Origin: Nibricoccus sp.
Lineage (GTDB): Bacteria; Verrucomicrobiota; Verrucomicrobiia; Opitutales; Opitutaceae
NCBI GenBank assembly: GCA_047602425.1
Contig: JASGHG010000001.1
Coordinates: 832,001-896,000 of the forward strand
Length of the DNA: 64,000 bases
Direction: 5' to 3'
Part shown: positions 32,495 through 42,121 of the stretch, piece by piece
Position numbering within the stretch: position 1 is the stretch's first letter
Layout: each line of letters starts with the position of its first letter
The notes under the pieces: generated by a model
Database searches by the model: none
What the model saw: only the letters and a program-made list of their open reading frames with translations
Told to the model about the DNA's origin: nothing
Translations under genes and position numbers: made by a program

Positions 32495-32605
32495 CCCTGG
32501 CGGGTATTGCCGATCCTGTGTTTTAAGCGCGCGTCAAGCAGATGGAGCGGCCTGCCCCTCAAAGCACTTCGCGAAACAGGCCGCCCCACCTGAAAACCCT
32601 GTTCA

Positions 32606-32950
32606 CTACCCGCGAATGTGCGCATCCGCCATTTCGCGGCACGCTTCCGCGCAGCGATGGCAGGCTTCGGAACAACGCTGGCAGTGATCCATGTCATGCT
32701 TGCCGCATTCCTCGCCGCACGCTTCGCAGATTTCCGCACACAACGCGCAAACGCGTTCGGCGAATTCGGAGCCGCGGGCCATTTCGTTTGCCGCGAAGGC
32801 GCAGATGTACGCGCAGCTACGATCGAGTTCGATGCAGCGCGAAAGCATTTTCACGTCGTCCTCGCGCAGACAGGCGCTCGAACAGTGTTCGCATTCGGTG
32901 ATACACGCCTGGCAGGCGTCGATACAATGTTGGTATTTTTCGTGAGACAT
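32606..32950 (-). CDS. Cys-rich four-helix-bundle copper-storage protein (DUF326/Csp-like)
   Basis: Repeated CxxxCxxC units: CIDACQACITECEHC, CAEICEACGEEC, CQRCSEACHRCAEAC. Confidence 0.9.
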   Translation of the reverse strand: MSHEKYQHCIDACQACITECEHCSSACLREDDVKMLSRCIELDRSCAYICAFAANEMARGSEFAERVCALCAEICEACGEECGKHDMDHCQRCSEACHRCAEACREMADAHIRG

Positions 32951-33166
32951 AATGATTCCTTGCTTCTGACGTTTGGTTGAGCAGGTGCCGGGCACCCGCC
33001 GTTGCATGCTTCCCGCTCAAAGCCACGGGGACGGACAGCGACCGCTGTTGAAGCAATGACTCTGGGCAAAACATCGCGCAACGTGCCGCTCGCAAGGCCG
33101 ATCAACAATGAGGTTTATCCCGCCGGATCGAATGGGAAAACGGCCTGCCTTCGCACAATCTAGTAC

Positions 33167-34480
33167 TTAATGGGGCGAACTGGCTGGCTTTCGCCCTGGC
33201 CGTGCGAAGAGGATTCGCGCCTTTCTTCGGCCATTGAGCAACGCACCGAGGAAAGTGGAGCGGACAAAAAGATCGTAGGTCATCAGCGTGAGCGCGACCG
33301 TGGCGAGCGAAATGCCGGCAAGCTTCAGCCACCAGGGCGCGAGCCACTCGGCAACTGCGACTTGCAGCCATACGACGATGGGCAGGTGCACGAGGTACAT
33401 CCAATACGACGAGTCCGCGAGGTAGCGCACGACCGCGTTCGGCCGAGCAAAGAACTTTCCGAAAAAACCCAGCGTCAGCGAAACGAGCGTCCACAAGAGC
33501 GTGGCGTAGCCGATCACAAAGCCGAGATGCGCAGCGAAATAGTACGGCTGACCGAGCTCGCCTTGAAAGCGGCTGAGCCACAGCACCGCCCCGCCGCTCA
33601 GCACAGCGAGCACGCCGTTCACGAGCGTAAGTCGGCCAAACCGCCCGATCGTCCCAGGCTCGCGCGCGAACAACCAACCGAGTCCAAAGGATCCGCCATA
33701 AATCGCCAACACCGGCAAATGGAGCCGCAATGACTGGTCCGGCGTATCCAAACCCCACCTACGCATATGCCAGAGCGCCCATGCGGTCAGTCCGACCAAC
33801 GGCGCCAAAGCCCACGTTGATCTGGCCAGCCACGCAATTGCAGCATCGACGCGATGCCATCCACCGCCTGACGTTCCCGTTTCATTCGGATCTCTCGTGA
33901 ACAGCCCGACGATGGTTCGCACTACGAGCGTCAGCGCTGTGACGAGAAGCAGATAATAGAGAAACCACAGATGCGTGCCGACGAAGAGTCCCGCCGGCAG
34001 GCTGCGAAGACTTTGGAAGCCGGTGCGGATTGCCGTCCAAAAATCGTAATCTCCATGCAAGCTCATCGCACCCATGATCCAGCCTGACACCACCAAAGGT
34101 CTCAGCAGAAACCAACCGGCCACGAAGGGCAGGCCGAGGCGAAACCCTCGCGACCGAAGAAACCCGGCCAGGCCCCGGCGTTGGAGCAGGCCCTGACTGA
34201 AAAACCCAGCCAGGAGAAAAAAGGTCGCCATGCGGAATGAATGACTGATCTGGATAAACCCCAAAACCAGTCCGCTGGTGGAAACATCCTGCACGGCCCA
34301 GCCAAGAAAGACCGGCGAGAAGGACAGGCTCGCGTGAAAGACTACGCCCAATATGAGAACAAAAGCTCGCGCCGCATCGAGTGAATCGATCCGCCCAGCC
34401 TCGATAGGCATCGCGTCCGAAAGAACAGCCGCGTCCGTGGGAGCCGGAGTCACGACGGGAGGAGCAGAGTCGGTGTTCAT
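33167..34480 (-). CDS. Acyltransferase family 3 (OpgC/MdoC-like)
   Basis: LDAARAF, HSFRMATFFLLAGFF, HLWFLYYL, SYWMYLVHLP. Confidence 0.9.
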   Translation of the reverse strand: MNTDSAPPVVTPAPTDAAVLSDAMPIEAGRIDSLDAARAFVLILGVVFHASLSFSPVFLGWAVQDVSTSGLVLGFIQISHSFRMATFFLLAGFFSQGLLQRRGLAGFLRSRGFRLGLPFVAGWFLLRPLVVSGWIMGAMSLHGDYDFWTAIRTGFQSLRSLPAGLFVGTHLWFLYYLLLVTALTLVVRTIVGLFTRDPNETGTSGGGWHRVDAAIAWLARSTWALAPLVGLTAWALWHMRRWGLDTPDQSLRLHLPVLAIYGGSFGLGWLFAREPGTIGRFGRLTLVNGVLAVLSGGAVLWLSRFQGELGQPYYFAAHLGFVIGYATLLWTLVSLTLGFFGKFFARPNAVVRYLADSSYWMYLVHLPIVVWLQVAVAEWLAPWWLKLAGISLATVALTLMTYDLFVRSTFLGALLNGRRKARILFARPGRKPASSPH

Positions 34481-34515
34481 GGCGAACGGTTGGCGAAGCT
34501 ACACCTTGGCGGCAC

Positions 34516-35100
34516 TCAATAGAAGCCAATCTCGTCGATCTCGTAGGCAAATGCCGTTTTTTCCATCGCAAAAGCGACAAGATTCACGCTGGTCACATTT
34601 TTGGTGTTGAGCGGAACTTGTTCCGACCAAGAGCGCTTGAAATCGCCGAATGGTAACCGAACCTCGACATACGTTCCACGCTTCGCCGCTACGACCGCCG
34701 CGTGATAATCGAAGTTTTGGATGTCCGCGCTGGAAACCTGCACGGACAAGGGACCTTTCAACACTTTGAGGCGCAAGCGAACGCCGGCATACGCGCTGAT
34801 GTCCTGTGGTTTTCCGTCCGAAACAAGTAATAGAGGTACAGAGACAAACGCCGGTACGCCGCGACCGGGGATCAGTTCGCCTTCGACCGCGAGCACGCCG
34901 TCGGCGCAATGTTGAGTGGCGTGCGATTGACTGCCGAGACTTTTGTCATCGACAATAAACCGCCCCATGCCGCCGGTCGTGTGAGCCGGGGCGGAGAAAT
35001 CGTCAATCAGCGCGGGCGTCGCGGCGCAGGCCATCGCTGGCAAAACAAATGCCCCGATGAAGGCGAAGCGGAAATAAATAGGGAGGGAATGTATTTTCAT
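34516..35100 (-). CDS. CIA30/CBM11-like secreted protein
   Basis: Signal peptide; LIDDFS, DDKSLGSQS, DISAYAGVRLRLK, EVRLPFGDF. Confidence 0.75.
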   Translation of the reverse strand: MKIHSLPIYFRFAFIGAFVLPAMACAATPALIDDFSAPAHTTGGMGRFIVDDKSLGSQSHATQHCADGVLAVEGELIPGRGVPAFVSVPLLLVSDGKPQDISAYAGVRLRLKVLKGPLSVQVSSADIQNFDYHAAVVAAKRGTYVEVRLPFGDFKRSWSEQVPLNTKNVTSVNLVAFAMEKTAFAYEIDEIGFY

Positions 35101-35243
35101 AACTTGAGACAGATTGAGTTGATTTGGTTCGCCCATGGGTGCCCGCGTCTCGGCATTAGGTGACAACCTTTTTGCGATTTTCTCGAAATGGAAAATATTC
35201 TGTCACCGCTTCGACCTTTTCGGGCACTTATGTCCGAACGCTC

Positions 35244-36896
35244 ATGACCTCTTCGGAACACCTGCCTCCAATCGATACCACCACCAGCGACGCCGACCTC
35301 GTCGCGGCCACGCTGGCGGGCGATCGTCGCGCCTACGGACAAATCGTCGAGCGCTATCAACGGCTGCTATGCTCCCTCGCTTATTCCGCAACCGGTCAGC
35401 TGAGCCTCAGCGAAGACATCGCCCAGGAAGCCTTCGTCGAGGGCTGGCGCCAACTCGGTACGCTGCGTGAGCCAGAAAAACTCCGGCCGTGGTTGTGCAG
35501 TATCCTTCGTTTCAAAGTCAGCCGTCAGCGACGCAGCGACGAACATGATCCCGTGCACCACGCGGAGGCGCTCGATGCCGCGGAAAAAATTCATGCGACC
35601 GACGAGTCCGCCGCTCACCTTGCCATGCAACAAGAGGAACGAGCGTTATTGTGGAGCACACTGGAACGCGTGCCCGAGCTCTACCGCGAGCCGCTGATTC
35701 TTTATTATCGTGAGCACCAATCGGTGGAGCACGTGGCGACATCGCTGGACCTGACCGAAGACACAGTGAAACAGCGATTGGCGCGTGGCCGCAAGATCCT
35801 GCAAGAGCAGATGCTCGCCTTCGTCGAGGGCGCACTCGCCCGGAGCACACCGGGAAAAGCCTTCACCGTCGCCGTTCTCGCCGCATTGCCAAACCTGATC
35901 GCACCGACAACCGCCAAGGCGGTCACCGTGGGTGCAGGCGTCGCCGCGAAAGGCGGCCTGCTGGCGAAGACCACGTGGTTCGCCTCAGTACTGGCCTCGG
36001 CGTCGGGCGTCGCCAGCGCCTTGCTCACCTTGCGAGCCAATCTCGATCAATCGCGAACGCCGCGGGAACGCCGGGCCGTGGTGAAGATCACCGTCGGGTT
36101 TTTCGTCGGCGCGCTTGGATTTCTTATTCTGCTGCACGGCGTGCGGTCCGCCGCCTTCCATGCGTGGGACAATCGTGGTGGATGGGCGTTGGTTGCGCAA
36201 ATGCTGGTGCTCAGTTTCGCCATTGCCTGGCCGTGGGCGATCACGCGCGTGATGCGTCACATGCGCGTCCTGCGTTCGGCGGAGCGTCGGGCCCATCCGG
36301 AATTATTCATCCACCCGCGCGACCACGCTGGCTCGACTGCCGGCGAATACAAAAGTGTGCGCACCCTCTTCGGCGTGCCGTTGATCCATGTGCGCTACGC
36401 GTCGCCCGACGAAGGCGAGCCGCCGGTCTTCGCCTGGTTCGCGGGTGGAGACCGGGCACGCGGACTCATCTGCGCGTGGGGCGCGGTGGCCATCGCACCG
36501 ATTAGCGTTGGTTCGGTCGCCGTGGGTTTGGTTGCCGTGGGAAATCTTTCCCTTGGCCTGTTCTCTTTCGCCACAGTTGCGGTCGGCTGGCTGGCCATCG
36601 GTTGTGCCTCAATCGGTGTGCATGCCGGCGGTTGGCTCTCAGCTTTGGGTTGGTCGACGGCCCAGGGCAGCGGATTCTCCGTCGCGCGGCTCGCGGCGGA
36701 AGGCCCTCTGGCTTTCGCGCCGCATGCCAACGACGCGGCCGCACGCGCGCTCATGGGCGCCCCCGCTTCTCCGCAGGACCAGCTCGGCCTTATCACTGTG
36801 CTGACGCTCGCCGCGCTCGTGCCAATCATTGCCTACGCCTTGGGGGTCCGAAAACGCCTTGGTCCGTTCAGCAAAGACAATCACCGCCGTTCGTAG
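35244..36896 (+). CDS. ECF sigma factor fused to a C-terminal membrane domain
   Basis: SDADLV...YGQIVERYQ...EDIAQEAF...PWLCSI...YREPLILYY...VKQRLARGR, followed by TM segments. Confidence 0.88.
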   Translation: MTSSEHLPPIDTTTSDADLVAATLAGDRRAYGQIVERYQRLLCSLAYSATGQLSLSEDIAQEAFVEGWRQLGTLREPEKLRPWLCSILRFKVSRQRRSDEHDPVHHAEALDAAEKIHATDESAAHLAMQQEERALLWSTLERVPELYREPLILYYREHQSVEHVATSLDLTEDTVKQRLARGRKILQEQMLAFVEGALARSTPGKAFTVAVLAALPNLIAPTTAKAVTVGAGVAAKGGLLAKTTWFASVLASASGVASALLTLRANLDQSRTPRERRAVVKITVGFFVGALGFLILLHGVRSAAFHAWDNRGGWALVAQMLVLSFAIAWPWAITRVMRHMRVLRSAERRAHPELFIHPRDHAGSTAGEYKSVRTLFGVPLIHVRYASPDEGEPPVFAWFAGGDRARGLICAWGAVAIAPISVGSVAVGLVAVGNLSLGLFSFATVAVGWLAIGCASIGVHAGGWLSALGWSTAQGSGFSVARLAAEGPLAFAPHANDAAARALMGAPASPQDQLGLITVLTLAALVPIIAYALGVRKRLGPFSKDNHRRS

Positions 36897-37136
36897 TTTT
36901 TTTCGAACGAGCTCGGTTTGCTACAAGACGGGTTCGGAGCCGCGCGTTTGCTACGGTTCCGCATCCGAAAATTTGCGGGAGAAGACGCCGGACAATCCCC
37001 GGCTTAACTCTGCGCCCGTGTCGATGAGACGCGGATTATATTGTCCATTTCCAATAGCGTTCGGCGTGTGTGGCACTACGTTGTGCCCGCGCAACGTTCG
37101 CCTGCCAGGGATGTGCGCGTTTCACAGAAACTCACA

Positions 37137-38681
37137 ATGAACTCCTCACCCAACGATCGCTCCGCTGAGTTTCCGGCCGGGCTCGGGGCGACGCGACGCA
37201 CCATGCCGTGGTTGGTGGCAGTGGCGTTGTTCATGGAGAATCTCGACGCAACCATTGTGAACACCGCCGTGCCGACGATGGCCGCGAATCTGCAAGTTGC
37301 GCCGCTCAGCCTCAAGGCCGTGCTCACGAGTTACACACTGAGCCTCGCGGTCTTCATCCCCGTGAGCGGATGGCTGGCCGATCGTTTTGGCACGCGACGG
37401 ATTTTTAGTCTGGCGATTTGGCTCTTTTTGATGGGTTCGCTCGGTTGCGGATTCGCACCCAATGTGCCAGCGCTCGTCGCCGCGCGGATTCTCCAGGGCA
37501 TCGGCGGCGCGTTGATGACGCCGGTCGGACGGCTGGCACTCGTGCGCACTTTTCCACGTTCCGAAATGCTGCGCACGATGAACTACGTCATCATTCCGGC
37601 GTTGCTCGGTCCGCTGCTCGGCCCAGTCGCTGGCGGGTTGATCGTGCACGTCACATCGTGGCGTGTGATTTTTTTCGTCAATATTCCACTCGCGCTTTTC
37701 GGGCTTTGGCTTACGCGCCGGTACATGCCGGATTTTCGCGACGCCGAGGTGGCTCCGCTCGACCGGGCCGGTTTCGTGTTCTTCTGCAGCGGCATCGCGC
37801 TGCTTTCGTACGTGCTCGAAGTTTTTGGCGAGCATCACCACGCGTCGGGGCCGGTGATCGCGTTGTTGCTGCTCTCCTTCGTCTTGCTGGCGGCCTATGT
37901 CCGGCACGCGGGGCAGGTCGCGGCGCCGTTACTCAATCTCCTGCTGCTGAAAATCCGCACATTCCGCATTTCAGTGCTCGGCGGCTTTGTCACACGTCTT
38001 GGTTTCGGCGGCATGCCGTTTTTGCTTCCGCTGCTGTATCAAATCGGACTCGGCTATCCGGCGTGGCAGGCGGGCCTTTTGACCGTCCCGCAAGCGCTCG
38101 CCGCGATGGGCATGAAGATCATCAGCCGTCCGCTCCTGCAACGCTTCGGACACCGCACCACGCTGCTCGCCAACACCGTGTTGCTCGGCGCCACGATGAT
38201 GGTGTTTACCCAAATCGACCGCGAAACGCCGCTCCTCGCGATCCTGGCGCTGAGCTTCTTCCAAGGCTTCGTTTCCTCACTGCAATTCACGTCGATGAAT
38301 TCGCTGGTCTACGCCGACATCGACGACCGCGACGCGAGCAAAGCCAGCAGCATCTCCAGCACTGCGCAGCAACTCTCGCTCAGCTTCGGCGTCGCCATCG
38401 GCTCGCTTGTCGCCGCGTGGTTCATCGGCCAGGTGGACCAGAACGATGCCGTCCAGACGTTGCCCGCGCTGCACAAGGCCTTTTTCACCCTCGGCCTCAT
38501 CACGATTGTCTCTGCCGTCACGTTCCTCGGCCTGCACCCGCACGATGGCAACAACATCAGCCACCGCCAACCACTCCCTCCGCCCCGTTACCAATCCCGC
38601 GCCGAAAGCCGCGCCGCCATCGGTGCCCCCGAGCGAATGCCCATACCATCCGAGGTTCCGGGAGCGTCAACGCAGCGCTGA
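37137..38681 (+). CDS. MFS drug:H+ antiporter (DHA2/EmrB-QacA type)
   Basis: FMENLDATIVNTAVP, GWLADRFGTRR, ARILQGIGGA, SWRVIFFVNIP. Confidence 0.93.
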   Translation: MNSSPNDRSAEFPAGLGATRRTMPWLVAVALFMENLDATIVNTAVPTMAANLQVAPLSLKAVLTSYTLSLAVFIPVSGWLADRFGTRRIFSLAIWLFLMGSLGCGFAPNVPALVAARILQGIGGALMTPVGRLALVRTFPRSEMLRTMNYVIIPALLGPLLGPVAGGLIVHVTSWRVIFFVNIPLALFGLWLTRRYMPDFRDAEVAPLDRAGFVFFCSGIALLSYVLEVFGEHHHASGPVIALLLLSFVLLAAYVRHAGQVAAPLLNLLLLKIRTFRISVLGGFVTRLGFGGMPFLLPLLYQIGLGYPAWQAGLLTVPQALAAMGMKIISRPLLQRFGHRTTLLANTVLLGATMMVFTQIDRETPLLAILALSFFQGFVSSLQFTSMNSLVYADIDDRDASKASSISSTAQQLSLSFGVAIGSLVAAWFIGQVDQNDAVQTLPALHKAFFTLGLITIVSAVTFLGLHPHDGNNISHRQPLPPPRYQSRAESRAAIGAPERMPIPSEVPGASTQR

Positions 38682-38749
38682 AGATTAAGAGATACAGATT
38701 AGTTCGTTTGCCGTGAACGGTGTTCCTGCCAATATTGCGCACTCGAAAT

Positions 38750-39850
38750 CTAGTCGAAGCTTTTGTGTTGTCCGCCCTGTGAGGGCACTTGCACGCCAAG
38801 GGATTTCAGCGCCTTCTCCACGCGCGCAGGATCGAAACCCATCACGGCGTCCACCACCTGCATGTCCTGGTTGAGGACGAGTGTAACGGGATACGCCTTC
38901 ACGCCGGCTTGCTGTGCAAGTGTCATTGCGTCCCGGCCGATGATCGTGGGAAACGGCAGCGCGCTCTTATCGATCGTACGTTGCGCAACGTCGCTCTTGT
39001 CGATCGTGTTTACCCCGACAAATGCAATTCCGTGGTTCTTGAGCGAGGTTTGGAGTTTCACAAGGTAAGGCATTTCTCGCACACACTCCGTGCAGGCGGA
39101 GAACCAGAAATTCAGGACCGCACCTTTGCCCGAAGGGCCGATGAGTTCGGCCAGCGAGACGACATCCCCGCGTGTATCGTGCCCCATCACAGCCGGTAGG
39201 CGGGCCCCAATTTTGATCAGCGCGCCGAGCGGATTAAACTCGCCCGCCGGTCGGGCGTTCGGCGGTGCGAAGAAGCTGACTCGCTCCCGCCCCTGCGCTG
39301 CCACCCGCACGGTACGATAAACGGTTTCGTAGCATACGCCTTTCAACTCCACACGCGTGCCGCGCGGCAGCAGCGTTTCCCGCTCGACGAAGAGCGTGAT
39401 GACATGCCCCGCCGTTCCTTTACAGGGGATTTGATAACAGGCCCAGTCGTGGAACATAGTTTCGGTGGTTGGACCTACCTGCTGATTCGGCTCCGTTTGT
39501 TCCGGCCAGAGTGCGTCGAAGCCAATCGGCAACGGATTGCCCGGCGGACGCGTTTGCGTCGAAAATTCCTGTCTGTCGGCGAAGTAGGTCGTTTTGTTCA
39601 CCGCGTCCGTGTACTGCTCGCTCGCCGGATACTTCGCATAGAAGAAGCCGTCCGGCGAGATACGGAAAGTGATTGGGACGACCGATGGGCTGACAATCTC
39701 GGCTTCAATCTCCACACCGGGCATCGCCTTCACTTTCGCCGCCACCTCAGCGAGCCCCGGCCCCGCCGCTAACCCCCGACAGGCCACCACAAAAACTCCG
39801 AGGCCCAACAAAATCAACGAACTTGGTTTCAACACATGTTTCATCGTCAT
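38750..39850 (-). CDS. TlpA-like thioredoxin with an N-terminal periplasmic domain
   Basis: VLNFWFSACTECVREMP and GVKAYPVTLVL; N-terminal signal. Confidence 0.82.
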   Translation of the reverse strand: MTMKHVLKPSSLILLGLGVFVVACRGLAAGPGLAEVAAKVKAMPGVEIEAEIVSPSVVPITFRISPDGFFYAKYPASEQYTDAVNKTTYFADRQEFSTQTRPPGNPLPIGFDALWPEQTEPNQQVGPTTETMFHDWACYQIPCKGTAGHVITLFVERETLLPRGTRVELKGVCYETVYRTVRVAAQGRERVSFFAPPNARPAGEFNPLGALIKIGARLPAVMGHDTRGDVVSLAELIGPSGKGAVLNFWFSACTECVREMPYLVKLQTSLKNHGIAFVGVNTIDKSDVAQRTIDKSALPFPTIIGRDAMTLAQQAGVKAYPVTLVLNQDMQVVDAVMGFDPARVEKALKSLGVQVPSQGGQHKSFD

Positions 39851-40123
39851 CGTTGGAAACCCTAAAAAGCGTCACCCAAAGTCGGATTTGTCTACGAAAA
39901 GAAACAATTTTTATCCGCCGCATTTTGGCTATAGAAGCAGGTTTATTCTGCGATGGTTTGCTGTTGAGGCGGTGATTTTTCTTCGCAAAGCCCGTCCTTG
40001 GCCGGACGCTCCCACGGCTCTCCCATTGTAAAGCGAGAGCGCCGCCCCTCTGAAACACCCCGATTGCACCCATCGGGTAAGACCCCATGGCTTCCCTCCA
40101 GTCTTGGCGTTATATTTATGGGT

Positions 40124-40492
40124 ATGAGTACACTTACCCACGAAAAGATTGCCCATGAAGCCCAACAAATCTGGCAGCAATGGGGATGCCCCGCTGGCCG
40201 CGATACAGAAATCTGGCTCGAAGCCGAGCGTAAGCTGAAAGACGAACCCACGCCTGACTCATTTGTCGCGCGCAGCCGCGCGGAAGCGGCGGCGGAGAGC
40301 GAAGTTGAGAATCTACTCTCGCCGCCTCAGTCGGAGCAAAAGTCCATTCAGGCCGCGATGCAGAAGGAAGATGCCCGCGCTCCGAAAACACCGCGCCAAA
40401 GCGCTCCGAAGCCTAAGCCCGCCGAGGTGGGCAAGCCTCTCTGGGATCGGCCACGTTCGGCAGGCTCCGCCACTCAAAAAAGATCCGCCTAG
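40124..40492 (+). CDS. DUF2934 domain protein
   Basis: IAHEAQQIWQQWGCPAGRDTEIWLEAERKL. Confidence 0.85.
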   Translation: MSTLTHEKIAHEAQQIWQQWGCPAGRDTEIWLEAERKLKDEPTPDSFVARSRAEAAAESEVENLLSPPQSEQKSIQAAMQKEDARAPKTPRQSAPKPKPAEVGKPLWDRPRSAGSATQKRSA

Positions 40493-40600
40493 AGGCGCTT
40501 CGTTTCTAACTCAGATCGGTTTCACGTCAGACGTTTTCCGAGACCGAACCAACGCCGAGGTCCATTTTGCCGGAAGCGATATCACGCCCCGCTCCTATAA

Positions 40601-40693
40601 AGGTGGAGCGGGGCGTCCCGACTCGCTGGATCGAAATTCGCCAAACATCCTGCGACGTCGCTCAGCACGCGTCGGGGACGTCGCATGCCACCT
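40601..40693. repeat. REP doublet (family C)
   Basis: aggtggagcggggcgtcccgactcgctgg...gtcggggacgtcgcatgccacct, with relatives at 48979 and 54757. Confidence 0.65.
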
Positions 40694-40727
40694 TTCAAAA
40701 CGAGCGCCCCCGCCGGCAGTTTCCGTC

Positions 40728-41087
40728 ATGCGCTCGATTAGTTTTTCACTCACCGAACGTCAGTTTCTTAACGGTAGCAAAGACATCACGCGCCGCACAG
40801 GCTGGACCAAGCTCAAGTCGGGCGAGCAGCTAAAAGCTGTACGCCAGACGATGGGCCTCACAAAGGGCGAGAAACAACATCAACTCGGCGTGATCGAAGT
40901 GGTGAGCGTGCGCCGCGAGCCATTGGACGCGCTTTTAAAAAGCACGGCCTACGCCGTCGCTGAAGTCCGACGCGAAGGTTTTCAACCGATGACGGGCGAG
41001 CAATTCGTCGCATTTTTTTGCGCAAGCCATCGGGGCTGCAAACCTTCCACCATTGTCACCCGGATCGAATTTCGGCGCATCGCGTAG
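40728..41087 (+). CDS. ASCH domain protein
   Basis: MRSISFSLT...GSKDITRRTGW (GxKxxTxR) and EVRREGF. Confidence 0.8.
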   Translation: MRSISFSLTERQFLNGSKDITRRTGWTKLKSGEQLKAVRQTMGLTKGEKQHQLGVIEVVSVRREPLDALLKSTAYAVAEVRREGFQPMTGEQFVAFFCASHRGCKPSTIVTRIEFRRIA

Positions 41088-41193
41088 GAACATCTTCAAA
41101 CTGGTGCCGATCTTCGCCGGTCGAACCGTCAAGTAGCGGCTCACTCGACACGGCCACGCCAAAAGAGAAAGTATCCTCGCATCTCCATCTTTT

Positions 41194-41970
41194 ATGCGTC
41201 ACCTCACCCTGTTGCTAGCTTCCGTCCTTCTCGCGACAAACCTTTTCGCTGATACAACTCCGGCCGCCAACACACCCGCGGCTCCCTCGAAAAATCGCAG
41301 CTACACGTTTGTCCTCGTGCACGGCGCCTGGGCCGGCGGTTGGGAGTGGAAAAAACTCGGCAATGCCCTCCTCGCCGACGGGCACACCGTTTATCGCCCG
41401 ACGCTCACCGGCCAGGGCGATCGCTATCACCTCGCCAACCGGGATATTGGTCTAAATGTCCATATTCAGGACATCGCTAATTTTATCGTTTGGGAAGATC
41501 TGCGCGACGTCGTGCTCGTGGGCCACAGCTATGGCGGGGCGGTCATCACAGGCGTCATCGACCAAATTCCGGATCGTATCAAACACGTCATTTACGTTGA
41601 TGCGATCGTGCCCGAGAACGGCGAATCCGCCTACGACGCCTTCGGCCGCGGACATCCGCGGGGCAAAGCAGTCGACGGCTTCCTCAGCCTCGGCGACAAA
41701 ACCCAGCGTCCTCCACCTCACGTCGTGCCGCAATCCGAGAAAACCTTCGCCGAACCGATCGCTCTTCACAATCAGGAGCGCGCCCGTCGCCTGCCCAGCA
41801 CTTACATCCTCACCGCCGACAAAGCCTCCGAGCCGGAAAAAGACGGATTCTATGTCTTCTACGAACGGGCCAAAAAGTACGGCTGGAAAACGATCGTCAT
41901 GGAAGGCGACCACATCGTGCACCTCACCAAGACCCAGGAACTCGCACGCCTTCTCGAAGAAGCTCCGTAA
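41194..41970 (+). CDS. Secreted alpha/beta hydrolase (esterase)
   Basis: FVLVHGAWAGGW and VLVGHSYGG. Confidence 0.92.
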   Translation: MRHLTLLLASVLLATNLFADTTPAANTPAAPSKNRSYTFVLVHGAWAGGWEWKKLGNALLADGHTVYRPTLTGQGDRYHLANRDIGLNVHIQDIANFIVWEDLRDVVLVGHSYGGAVITGVIDQIPDRIKHVIYVDAIVPENGESAYDAFGRGHPRGKAVDGFLSLGDKTQRPPPHVVPQSEKTFAEPIALHNQERARRLPSTYILTADKASEPEKDGFYVFYERAKKYGWKTIVMEGDHIVHLTKTQELARLLEEAP

Positions 41971-42011
41971 TGGGCGTTTGACTCTCTGAGTGCTGACCGA
42001 ACCAACGCAGA

Positions 42012-42068
42012 CTACCTCCGAGTTGGGGCGACTTCACCTGAAGGCGCCTTTCGGAACCAACCCACCCG
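42012..42068 (+). repeat. Degenerate family-A REP cluster fragment
   Basis: ctacctccgagttggggcgacttcacctgaaggcgcctt resembles ccacttccgaggtggagcggcttcacctgaagacgctt at about 17256. Confidence 0.6.
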
Positions 42069-42121
42069 CTCTAATCCCTCTCTCCAGTTAAAGCCGACCA
42101 CACCGCAGTTCGCCTGCAACT

